Assembly (NCBI GenBank): GCA_042852035.1
Contig: BAAFHK010000002.1
Span: 180,001 to 212,000 of the forward strand
DNA: 32,000 nucleotides
Reading direction: 5' to 3'
Source of the DNA: Candidatus Saccharimonadota bacterium
GTDB lineage: Bacteria > Patescibacteriota > Gracilibacteria > BD1-5 > UBA2023
The translations under genes and the position numbers were made by a program. Of the stretch, positions 20,594 to 30,544 are shown one piece after another (positions within the stretch are counted from its first letter, which is position 1; each line of letters begins with the position of its first letter). The notes beneath the pieces are model-generated. The model worked only from the letters and a program-made list of their open reading frames with translations. It had not been told where the DNA came from and did not search any database.

Positions 20594-23475
20594 CTTGTCA
20601 AAGTGTGCATAAAAGCATATCTTTCTATTGGAAAATCTAGCATTATTACACTTAATATTTTCGGGCGTTCTTTTATGAAAGTATGATATTTTCATTTTGG
20701 ATCTGCTACCTCTTGTCTTATAAAATCCTCATAGATTTTTCGATCAAGGCGAGACATTCACATATAGAAGAAGTGTTCCAAGTTCGAAACCCTAAAAAAT
20801 GAAATATCTCATTTTTGTACCATGAGAAGTCTTCTTTCGACTCATCATGCTTCGGTTCGTAAATCTTCAAAATCCATATTCCACAAATTATATAATGCGG
20901 ATTTTTTATCTTTTAGCTGAGCGATAGTTTGTTCATTTGTGCTATCAAATTTTAGGAAATGATCTATTAGTAAGCGGAGTCATCATCAGATTTTTACTCT
21001 TAAGGTTGATAGGAGTCATTCAAAAACTTTTCCCTCAAAAGCAATTTTATTTTTTATGAGGAGTTTTACGAGTTTTTCTCATCAGTTTCCTCAAAGAATT
21101 CAAACAATCCTGTCATCCTCGATTAATCATCGAAGAAGTCATGCTATATTTCCTCATTGAGACTCCAATCAAAGAACTGCATCGAGTGCTTTTTCTCAAT
21201 TTGCTTGATTGAACAAGATTCTGAGTGAACTCGAGCTGTCAGGTTCTCACAATTTTTTTATATACCTTCATACCTCTTCATGACTTCATTCCCTGATAAA
21301 TGATATGGCCAATTCAGCTGTTTTTGAGTCTATAACCGCAGGAATCTCTGAGAATTTGAGCAACTTTACTCTTCCTATGAGTTTTTCAATTCATTTAATA
21401 CTCAGCGCATCTAGAGCTTTCTGGAGTCATGTCATTTCGTACTTTATATCATATAGTTCAAGAAATTCTGCCAATTCTTTAGTTGTAGAGGTGTTATTAA
21501 ATTCGGCTACCGCATCGAGTAATCACTGTGATGCAGTTTGTCAGCTAAATCGTTCAAGAAAATCTGGTCAATACCTATTTAATTGTTCTTTTATCTTTAT
21601 GGAATCTTGTTCTCATAAGATTTCATCAGCCTTTCATGCATATCATTTTATAAGCATTTTTCTGGCTTCTACTTTAGTGAGTTTTCCTTCGCCTTCTCGA
21701 GTCATAATTCGAATCTTCTCCGCAAGTTGTTTTATCCCATAGTTTCACAAAGATCACTTTACTTTATTGTGTGCATCTATAACTCTCTCGGCTTGAGCTG
21801 GAGTTAATCATTCTCTTTGAATAAGGAATTCTTTCCTAATAACATCTTCCTTTACTCATCTTTGCTTCGCTAGAGCAGCTATTTCATCATTAAGTCTGAG
21901 TGCGTTTGGAAGGTTATCTATTTTTGATGATCCCATTTTTTCTCACTTGTTGAGTCAGTGACTTATGCTTTTGAAGAGCACATCCTGAGTATCTTTCGTA
22001 TTAATTCATATTTTTTCAAGCGCAGGTCAAAGTGTGGTGAAGAGAATTCATATCTTTTCTATAAACTTTGCTTTTGCATCTGTCATTTTTTCCTGCGCAA
22101 GAGCTCGTTCTAATATGGTAGGAAGTTGAGAAAGAACACGTTTCATTCTCCCTAAAGCTTCTGCGATTTTCTTTGCTTTAATAAGCTTACCGAATTGTCC
22201 TACTCAGAGGGTAATGCTATCGAGAGTGTCAGCGAGGGTGGAGAGTCATTCAAGTGGCATATTCACATTTTCTCACGTCATATTTATTCCATTTGCCATA
22301 TTTCTTCATGAGTCTATAGCTCAAGCAATGCTTCATACAGTAGGGAGTATAGGAATAAGTTGTGATAAAAGAATAAGTATTTGTTGTATATTCATTCATT
22401 TCATTGATTCAGAAATATCTCATGAAATGAGTTTTCCTCATTCAAAATTCGGGGTATTTGAGAACAATCAATCTTTTCATCATTTTGCAGTTGAGCGTAT
22501 GGATCTTGCCTCGTTCTCATACGCTTGAAAATAAGAACTCGACTGATTATTTCAAAGAAGTACTTTTATTAGGTCAATCTTCTCTCAGTTTACTGTGACA
22601 TATCTATCAGGTGATCAGATTGGTATTGAAAGTTCACTGAGATTTCCTGCTTTTAGAAAATTTAAAAGAGTTTGTCTTCAGTTCAAGGGAGCCCTTTGAT
22701 TTAATTCATCAAGAAGCGCTCTTCAGACTATGTAGCTAAGATTTGCACTTGAAAGATTTCTTCCTATTCGCATCTCAGTTTGTATTTCATCGGGCAGAAG
22801 TTGTATTTTCCCAGCCAAGAGTGGGAGGATGATTTTTTCGTGTATATGAGTTCAAAACTTCTTATCGAGTCATTGAACGGAGAGTACATATTTCCCAAGA
22901 TTCTCTTTTTGATACTCAGATCCATCTGGAGCTTTGATGCGTTCCTCATGGAATGCTTTCGCAACAGATTCACTAAATCATAACTGTCATGAGACTCTTG
23001 CTTTAAGTATCTCTGAGAGATAGTAGGCTGAATCGGTAGAGGCAAATGGTCCAGCAATTTCTGTTTGCCTATTTTTTACAGAAAGAATTTGTTCTATTGT
23101 AACTTCCGAAAGATCGTCTACCGCTTCACGAGCAACTTGCATATACCTATCTTTCACATCATCCGGAATAGATCTATCTCATAGAAAAGAAAGTATGACC
23201 GCAAGAACGGGTGCAACTATCGCATCAATTTTTTGTTTATCAATTTTGAGTCATTCGAGAAGCCTCTCTGTTTTTCTTATGAGATCTTTTGATATTCCAT
23301 CCACTTTTGTTGTTATAGTTTCTGGGACTCATAGAGACTTTAGTCATTTGATTTGTTCTGTAATATTTCAGAGAGACCGTACTCAAAAATCCCGAGGTAA
23401 GAGAGGGGCGCTCTTCATTTCTCGGGTTGCTCTTATGCCATCGAGGGAATTTTCTAGAGATGCGGTGACGGACAT
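20590..23475 (-). CDS. 961-aa hypothetical protein, mostly helical by composition, with a central hydrophobic segment; no family recognised
   Basis: Minus strand translated triplet by triplet. Open from ATG 23475 to TAA (complement of 20590-20592). About 65 of about 86 Gly codons are TGA, so the standard track shows only antisense ORFs here. Central 'MNIQQILILLSQLIPILPTVGSIAGAIDSG'. Gly-rich helical repeats near the C-terminus ('GLLRGLIEDDRIVGILGGNGGEKLVKLL'). No Walker A motif seen. Confidence 0.75.
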
Positions 23476-23484
23476 GTGACTACT

Positions 23485-24531
23485 CTACCATACTCTCTCA
23501 TTTCATGCAAACAACATGCTTCATTTTCTTTTTCTCCATCGAGAAGGCTGAAATACCTTACTCATGTATTGATGGAATTTATTTCAAACTTCATAGAGGG
23601 GAACCCATTTATTGTCAACAAAAATTCCACTAGGATATATGTAACGGTCTCTTGGCAAACCAGAAATTTTTGCCAATCTCCCCATAATTGATATTCCATA
23701 CAAATCCGAAGAAAAACTTCTTTTCACTACACTATCTCATGTGTTTCACCATTCGAGCCCCCTTGGGAACTGGGGAACCTGGGAGACTTGAGTTGATCAA
23801 TACCTTTCACTCAATGCATCAATATTTGTAAGAAAAGCCTCTTCTAAAGTTATACCATTTTCATGATGAGAAAACGGAACTCAAGAAGTGGGAAGATTCT
23901 CATTACTTATATATGACGGAAGGATGAGTCAACTGTAGGTATCAGGATCTCTCGTATCGCTGAGATGGACTTCTCATATTCAAAGTGCTTTATATGCCCT
24001 ATCTGCCATTCTTTGTGAGAGTGGTCAAATCTCGAATCATTTTATATCGATATTTCGCTTTCATTGCCTTTGGGCTCATATAAATTGTGCTAATCCAAGA
24101 ATTCCACTTCCGGCTCAAATATCCCAACCATGAAAATGTGATCATTCTGTAGTTTCTATTCAAGAAATAATATCCTGCATAATAGCAACTGTTGAGGGTA
24201 TATCGAGCAACATGGCAATCTGATATCAGATAGTTTGAATTACTTGATGAGTTTCTGAAGGATAAGAGAAATGTGTTCTGTGGTTCTGTTGCCCAAGGGA
24301 ACCTCAAAATACTTCTCAAAGGATTTTGAGGTATTGTGTGCCAACGAATTCAACATCTTTTCTCTCATTCTGGTCAACTTGCATGAGAAAAACCAAAAGA
24401 TATTTTATACAGATACTTCAGAGAAGTGAAAAATCTAAAGAAGATTTCTCTCATTTTGCTTCCTCAAGATCTTCCAGAAGTGATGTCTCCTCTCGAAATA
24501 CTCACTCTTTAAATGGAACTCAAAAGTACAT
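23485..24531 (-). CDS. Class I SAM-dependent methyltransferase, 348 aa, substrate unknown
   Basis: Open from ATG 24531 (in-frame TAA just upstream at complement of 24547-24549) to TAG (complement of 23485-23487), with about 24 in-frame TGA. Motif I is 'HFHGWDI[G]AGSGILGLAQF'. An acidic residue follows beta-2 ('IDIK[G]FEI'). No NPPY/DPPY motif. ATG 24384 is an alternative start. Confidence 0.65.
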
Positions 24532-24629
24532 ATTGAAAATGAAGATTTACTTTGTCAATAGTAATATAAATCCACACTTTGTAAAGTATAAATTTTCTTT
24601 TATAATCAAATTCTCTTCATATAAAACTT

Positions 24630-25310
24630 ATGCATAATTACGAAATCGAAATAAAGGTCCTTCTCGGTGACAAAGACGGTATGGAAAAATTCATGAAGGC
24701 TATCGAAATAAACTTTCCTGCTTATAAGCATTCCTATACAGAAAGCCAGAAAAATCACTATTTTGAGTGAGGAAACCTCCTTCATCTGCTCGGTACTTTT
24801 AGGCAATATATCTCTGAAGAGGAAGCAACGTCTCTCCATAAACTTACAAAAGAAGCAAAATCTTTCTCTGTTCGCACGCGAGGAACGAAAGATGAGACTA
24901 TTCTTGTTGTGAAAGCAACAGTAAATGATGAATCGAGTTCAAATGGTACTGCTCGAATTGAGTGGGAAGTGGATCTTGCTCCCATGAGTCTTGAAGAAAT
25001 GGATAAAAAAGTTCTTGAAGCAGGCTTTCAATATCAAGCGAAGTGGTCACGTGCACGCGATGAATATCGACTCAATGCTGATACAGCCCTTTGTATCGAT
25101 AAAAATGCATGATATGGCTACCTCGCGGAATTCGAACGAGTCATCACTGACGAATCAAAAATCACAGAAACTCGCCATGAGCTCCTTCGTATGATTCGAT
25201 CTCTTGGTTATGATGAACTTGATCAGGATCGGCTTGCACGAATGTTTGATTTTTATAACAAGAATTGGAGCGAATATTACGGTACCGAAAAGGTATTTAG
25301 TGTTTTATAA
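24630..25310 (+). CDS. CYTH-domain protein (CyaB/ThTPase-type triphosphate tunnel metalloenzyme), 226 aa
   Basis: N-terminal ExExK signature 'MHNYEIEIKV'. 'FSVRTRG', 'ARIEWEVD' and '[G]YGYLAEFERV'. Includes track ORF 24909-25112. TAA at 25308-25310. Confidence 0.75.
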
Positions 25311-25660
25311 TGATTATCCAACTTTGACATTCTCGAGATTATGATTTTGTAAATGAGCTCTATAATCCTATTAAAAAATCACGATTTTTTCCTGAACAGA
25401 GTTGGATTTTTCCGCACGATGGAACGGAGGTCAATTCTCGTGAATCATTAAAAAATGTTGATATTTTTCTTGCTGAAGTAAGTTATCCTTCGACTTGACT
25501 TGGTATTGAACTTGGATTCGCAAGTCTTTATGGGAAGAGAATAATTTGTCTTTCAAAGAGATGATCAAAAATCTCTTCGAGCTTGAGATATATAACTCAC
25601 GAATTTCTCGAATATGATGATGCATGAGAGCTATGTGCTATTATAGAATCAATTCAATAA
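25310..25660 (+). CDS. Nucleoside 2-deoxyribosyltransferase-like (NDT/RCL/LOG-type Rossmannoid) protein, 116 aa
   Basis: ATG overlaps the CYTH stop (TAATG). 'NVDIFLAEVSYPST[G]LGIELGFASLYGKRIICL' matches the NDT-family D...E..G pattern. TAA at 25658-25660. Confidence 0.5.
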
Positions 25661-25661
25661 A

Positions 25662-26429
25662 ATGTCTGAAGAATATAAGCTCATCATCATCTTCTTTATC
25701 TGACTTTTTTCTTCCTATTTTGGGAGTTTTTCTTCATGAGGAGTTTCGGTTCTCGGGGTTGGACTTCTTACAGCACTTGGTCTTTCGCCCCAGATGTCGA
25801 GTATTACTTATAAACTTGGGAAAATCGGAGATGTTCTCGGAGGTCTTTACCAGTTTCATAAAAGCGGAAATATTCCAACCCGCTTTCTCTGGATTGGTGG
25901 AGTAGTTTCTATCATTGGGAGTTTTCTCGGGTCGTATTTTATCTTCTCGATTCCGAATTGGCTTATCTATTTTGTTTCCGCGGTGAGCATGATTGCCCTC
26001 ACGATTACTGCAATTATAAAGAAATCATGAATTCAAACGAATCTTCATGTTTCAAAAAGAAGAGAGCGACTCTATTATTTTGGACTCTTTTTTCTCAATA
26101 TCTTCGGAAATATGTTTATCGCGGGTTCATGAGTCTGGTATTATTTCAATAATACCTTTATTCTTCGCCTCCCAGCACTCATGGCAAAATGACTTGCAAC
26201 CGCGATGAGTGTTTTTTGGTTTATTGGGAGCTTTCTAGCCATCATGGTTCGAGGACAATATCTCGTTTTTGAGACCATATGTTTCGGAATTGGGATGTTT
26301 GTCGGAGGGTGGTTTGGTACGAAGCATGTTATCAGACTCGGGAATCATCTTTTTCGAAATATTCTTCTCATTTCTATTGTGATTTTTGCTTTGTATTTCC
26401 TCTATCTTGCATATAATTCGCTTGAGTAA
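25662..26429 (+). CDS. TauE/SafE (TSUP, DUF81) family anion-exporter-like membrane protein, 255 aa
   Basis: Joins track ORFs 25794-26030 and 26205-26429 (same frame, 5 TGA). Two-fold hydrophobic repeat with 'GSFSS[G]GVSVLGVGLL' and 'GMFVGGWFGTKHV'. Confidence 0.65.
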
Positions 26430-26446
26430 TTTTTAAGCAAATTTCC

Positions 26447-27409
26447 ATGCCAAAACACCCAGAAGAACAATATCTCGACCTTGGTCGTGAACTTATCGAA
26501 AGTGGTATATACAACAAAGATCTCTGAAGTGGTGATGTCACCTATAGTTTTTTTGGACGACAATTTCGTTTCGATTTCGCAGATGGATTTCCTCTCCTCA
26601 CAACCAAAAAAGTCTATTGGAAGTGAGTTGTAACTGAACTCCTTTGGTTTCTCAAGGGGGATTCAAATATTCGATTCTTGGTACAAAATAATGTCCACAT
26701 TTGGGATGATTATCCGTACTACATTTACAATAATAAGGTAAAAAAGGGACTTGAGCCAGCCATGGAGAAGGACGCATTTATAGCCAAAATCCTCGAAGAT
26801 GAGGCTTTTGCAAAAGCTCACGGAGAACTCCCGAAAATCTATGGAGAACTCTGGAGACGTTGGCCGACGAAGACTCCGGGTCGTACAGTCGATCAAATAG
26901 CTTGGATTCTTCGTGAGTTAAACGAGGATCCCTATGCTCGAAATACTTGTCTCACAGCATGGAACCCTGAATATCTTTATTCGATGGCGCTTCCAGATGA
27001 GGCAGCACGTTATCCTATTTGTCATGGTTTTTCTCAGTATTCGATTAAAGATGGGAAACTCTATGGTCAGCTTTACCAACGATCGGCCGACCTTTTTCTC
27101 GGTGTGCCATTTAATATCGCATCATACTCACTTCTCGTGCATATCCTCGCGCACCTTCTTGGGGTGAAGCCAGGAGGATTTATCCATACTTTCGGTGACG
27201 TCCATATCTATGAGAATCATATCGAGCAGATGAAGGAACAAATGGCTCGTACTCCACATCCATTCCCAAAAGTGACGATAGATTCAAGTCTCAAGTCGAT
27301 TGATGAACTTGATTTCCATCATATTATCCTCGAAGGATACGAGGCAGAAGCTCCAATAAAAGCAAAGATGGCAGTGGTTGGGGGGATGGTGGGAAGAGAC
27401 AATAATTAA
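26447..27409 (+). CDS. thyA: Thymidylate synthase ThyA-family protein, 320 aa (divergent, see findings)
   Basis: ATG 26447 is in frame with track ORF 26678-27409 through 2 TGA. '[12 protein letters not shown][G][15 protein letters not shown]', 'TAWNP', catalytic 'ICHGFSQY' and '[26 protein letters not shown]'. Confidence 0.85.
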
Positions 27410-27449
27410 AATTCGATAGTGGAAATTACGGATTTTTGTATTTTTGAAA

Positions 27450-28319
27450 ATGATCTACCTCTACGCCTTCTTCGTCCTCTCCTTCCTCAATGCCTTTAAG
27501 GATATTTCGACCAAGCAGTCGCTCAAATCGATTGATGCTGGAGTGATGACGGGGATTGCATCATTTGTCCTCCTCATTGTCACGGGTCCGATGCTTATAA
27601 AAGAGGGGATTCCAGATCATATTGAACCTTCATTTTTTTGGATTGTGCTTTTTGGGGGACTATTTTATTATCTTGGAAAGTATTTTAATTTTCAATCACT
27701 TGCACTCGGGGATATTTCTCTTATTGCACCGATGAAAGGACTCATCACCCTTGCGACGATATTCTCAAGTATTCTCCTGCTCGGTGAATGGGTCAATATC
27801 TATGGTTTTTTAGGTATAATTCTCACTCTTACAGGGACGTATTATCTCGCCGTGGAGAAATCACATATTCGTTTTTCTGATCCTATAAAGTCACTTTATA
27901 GAGATCCTGGGGCAAAAATGTTTCTCATTGCTCTTTGTTTTTATGGTTTCACGGTCACCTTTGACCGTATGGGGATACATGCGAGTTCTATCTGGGTTTG
28001 GTCTTTTCTCATGAACTTTATTGTCTTTACCTTAAGTATCCGAGATATCTATAAGTATCGAAAAGAATTGAGGCAAAATATCAAATCACAGTATCGAGCT
28101 CTTATACTCGTAATCGTACTTCATGTTTGGGTCTATCTCTCTCAGATGTATATTGTATCTGAAGTAATCGCCCCATATACGAGCGCCTTTAAATCCACTT
28201 CAGCTCTCTTTGCTGTTGTCCTTGGAGGGTGGTTCTTTCAGGAAAAACATCTTTTTCAGAGATTTATCTGAGCCTGTATTATTCTTTTCGGCATTATTCT
28301 TATTTCATTTTTTGGATAA
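27450..28319 (+). CDS. EamA/DMT-superfamily transporter, about 289 aa
   Basis: Track ORF 27444-28271 (TTG 27444 or ATG 27450) extended through TGA 28269-28271 to TAA 28317-28319. About ten hydrophobic helices. Confidence 0.7.
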
Positions 28320-28321
28320 TC

Positions 28322-28915
28322 ATGTGAAAAATCAAATACATTCTCTTTGATGTCGATGGAGTTCTTCTTCATAGTCCAACATGGAGTAGTGAATTTATTG
28401 AGAAAAATCATCTCCCATCTGATATTATGAGTGATTTTTTCACTTGAGTATTTAAGGAATGTATTATTGGAAAGGCAGACCTTAAAGTAATCCTCCCTTC
28501 TTTTCTTGAAAGATGGGGTTATGAAAAATGAGTAGAGGCATTCCTTAAGGAATGGTTCGACTTTGAAAATTCTCCTGATAGTGAACTTATAGAGAAGATC
28601 CAAGAACGAAGAAAAGATGGTGTGAAATGTTTTATAGCAACAAATCAAGAGAAATATAGACTTAATTACATGAAGAAATCCATGGATTTTGAGAAACTTT
28701 TTGATGGAATATTTGCCTCGTGTAAAATTGGATACAAAAAACCACAAAAAGAATACTATGAATATATAATCTCCTTTTTCAAGGTGAATCCAGAAGAAAT
28801 TCTTTATTTTGATGATTCCCTTGAAAATGTAACAGTTGCTCGTAGTATGGGTATAGAAACGGTACTGTATAAGAATATTGCTGATTTTACCCAAATACAC
28901 TTCTCATGTATATAG
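28322..28915 (+). CDS. HAD-superfamily hydrolase (phosphatase-like), 197 aa
   Basis: 'M[G]KIKYILFDVDGVLL' (DxDG motif I), 'IATNQ' and 'ILYFDDSLENV'. In frame with track ORF 28622-28915. Confidence 0.75.
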
Positions 28916-29529
28916 CTTTCGAAGGCATCGTTGGATCAGGGAAGACAACACAAGTAAAAAATCTTGTGGAGTACTTTCGAAGCTTGTGAAAGGATGTAAC
29001 CCAAGTAAGAGAACCTGGAACGACGGTAATTGCAGAGGATATCAGGCATCTTGCCCAAGGGAAAGAGTGGGAAAATGAGATAATGCATCCACTCACAAAT
29101 GCTTACCTCTATGCTGCAGCGAGGGCTCAAACACTCGAAACCGTAGTCAAGCCAGCCCTAGAACGCTGAGAGATTGTGATTTCTGATCGATGTTTTCTTT
29201 CTTCATGTGCTATTCAGGGCGAAGCACAGTGACTCGGTATTAACAGGGTTCTCTGGGTAAACAAGACTGCAGTAGGAAAAATTTTTCCTGATATGATTCT
29301 TTACCTTGATATTGATATTGAGAGGGCGTTAGCTCGCACCTTTGATGAATGAGGTGATAAGTTCGAAAGAGAAGGAAAAGACTTTTATAAAAAAATCATT
29401 CGTTGATATGAAAAAATTTCGAAATGGAAAAAATTAGAAAGCAAATTTATTCGAATTAATGCGGATTGAAATGAAGAAGAAGTTTTTCAGGAGATAATTC
29501 ATCATATTAATAAATTTCTATGACTTTAG
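28906..29529 (+). CDS. tmk: Thymidylate kinase, 207 aa
   Basis: 'MYIAFEGIVGSGKTTQ', 'REPGTT' and 'SDRCFLSSCAIQG'. 7 in-frame TGA, including the third-from-last codon. TAG at 29527-29529. Overlaps the HAD gene by 10 nt. Confidence 0.9.
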
Positions 29530-30065
29530 ATCAGCTCATATTATCTCTTCGAGAGCATACCCATGCTTTTCCCGAAGATTGAGACGCAACAGCAAAGGTG
29601 ATTGTCTGGATTGAAAAATACAGGGAATTGGCTTTTACCAGAGAGAATCTTGAAGGACATATAACGGGTTCACTTTTCATCGTCAATGAGAATCATACAA
29701 AAGTTCTTCTTATGTTTCATCATAAACTCCAAAAATGGCTACAATTCGGAGGTCATGCAGATGGAGAAATCGATGTACTTTCTGTGGCAATTCGTGAATT
29801 TCAAGAAGAGTCTGGAATTCAGGAAGAGCCGAGAATTATTGGTGAAATTTGCGATATTGATATACATACTATTCCAGCTCGACATTCCGAGCCGGAGCAT
29901 CTTCATTTTGATATTCTCTTTCTTGCGAGTATATCAGAATCAGTATCAATGCAGAAAGAGGTTGGAAAGGTTGAGGATTTGAAGTGGGTGGATATCTCTG
30001 ATATTGAAGACTATTCAACCGAAGAAAAAGTGCTAAGAGTTATTCAGAAACTTCGTAACCTCTAA
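29520..30065 (+). CDS. NUDIX hydrolase, 181 aa
   Basis: Nudix box 'GGHADGEIDVLSVAIREFQEESGI'. ATG 29520 is in frame with track ORF 29598-30065 through one TGA. Overlaps tmk by 10 nt. Confidence 0.8.
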
Positions 30066-30096
30066 TCTTATGAAGAATATTACTACAAGAGCTCAA

Positions 30097-30540
30097 TATG
30101 ATGCCCTCACGAGAGATAGAATCCTTGGAAAGTCTGAATGCCCATTTTGTGATATATCCTGACAAACATGACATACTATTTGGAAAGGGAAGTATTGGTA
30201 TATTTTAAAAAATCTTTTTCCATATTCTTGAAATGAGGATCATATTATGGCCGTACCATATGAGCATAAATGCTTCTCCTATGAGTTAAATCAATCTGAA
30301 ATCTTAGAGCTGAGTTGAATATATGAGTTTGTGAAAAATTATTACGGTGAGAAAGACTATTTTTCTTGTACCAGGGAGACTTTTTCGAATCGCAGCATAG
30401 AACATTTCCATATGCATTTTATACCAGGAAAGCTCCAGTGAAAATGGCTCAGAAAGATGCTTGAATGACAAGGATTCCCCATTCATGAGGATCTAAAAAT
30501 AGAAGAAAACTTGGAAGGAAGGAATTCTTCATTACTATAG
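30097..30540 (+). CDS. HIT-family (histidine triad) nucleotide hydrolase/transferase, 147 aa
   Basis: Frame 1. 'CPFCDIS', 'HIMAVPYEH' and triad 'HFHMHFIPG'. 7 in-frame TGA. TAG at 30538-30540. Confidence 0.75.
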
Positions 30541-30544
30541 TAAT

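Noticed and set aside
21305-22528. Track ORFs 21305-21742 (145 aa) and 22214-22528 (104 aa) on the plus strand, the longest ORFs in this region
   Set aside because: Their products are Ser/Phe/Ile/Cys-rich and low in complexity. They lie antisense to a continuous 961-codon code-25 frame whose product has normal composition. I treat them as shadow ORFs, not genes.
30069-30071. ATG 30069 as the start of the HIT gene
   Set aside because: It is out of frame with the 'CPFCD ... HFHMHFIPG' reading frame. The first in-frame ATG after the upstream TAA (30034-30036) is 30097.
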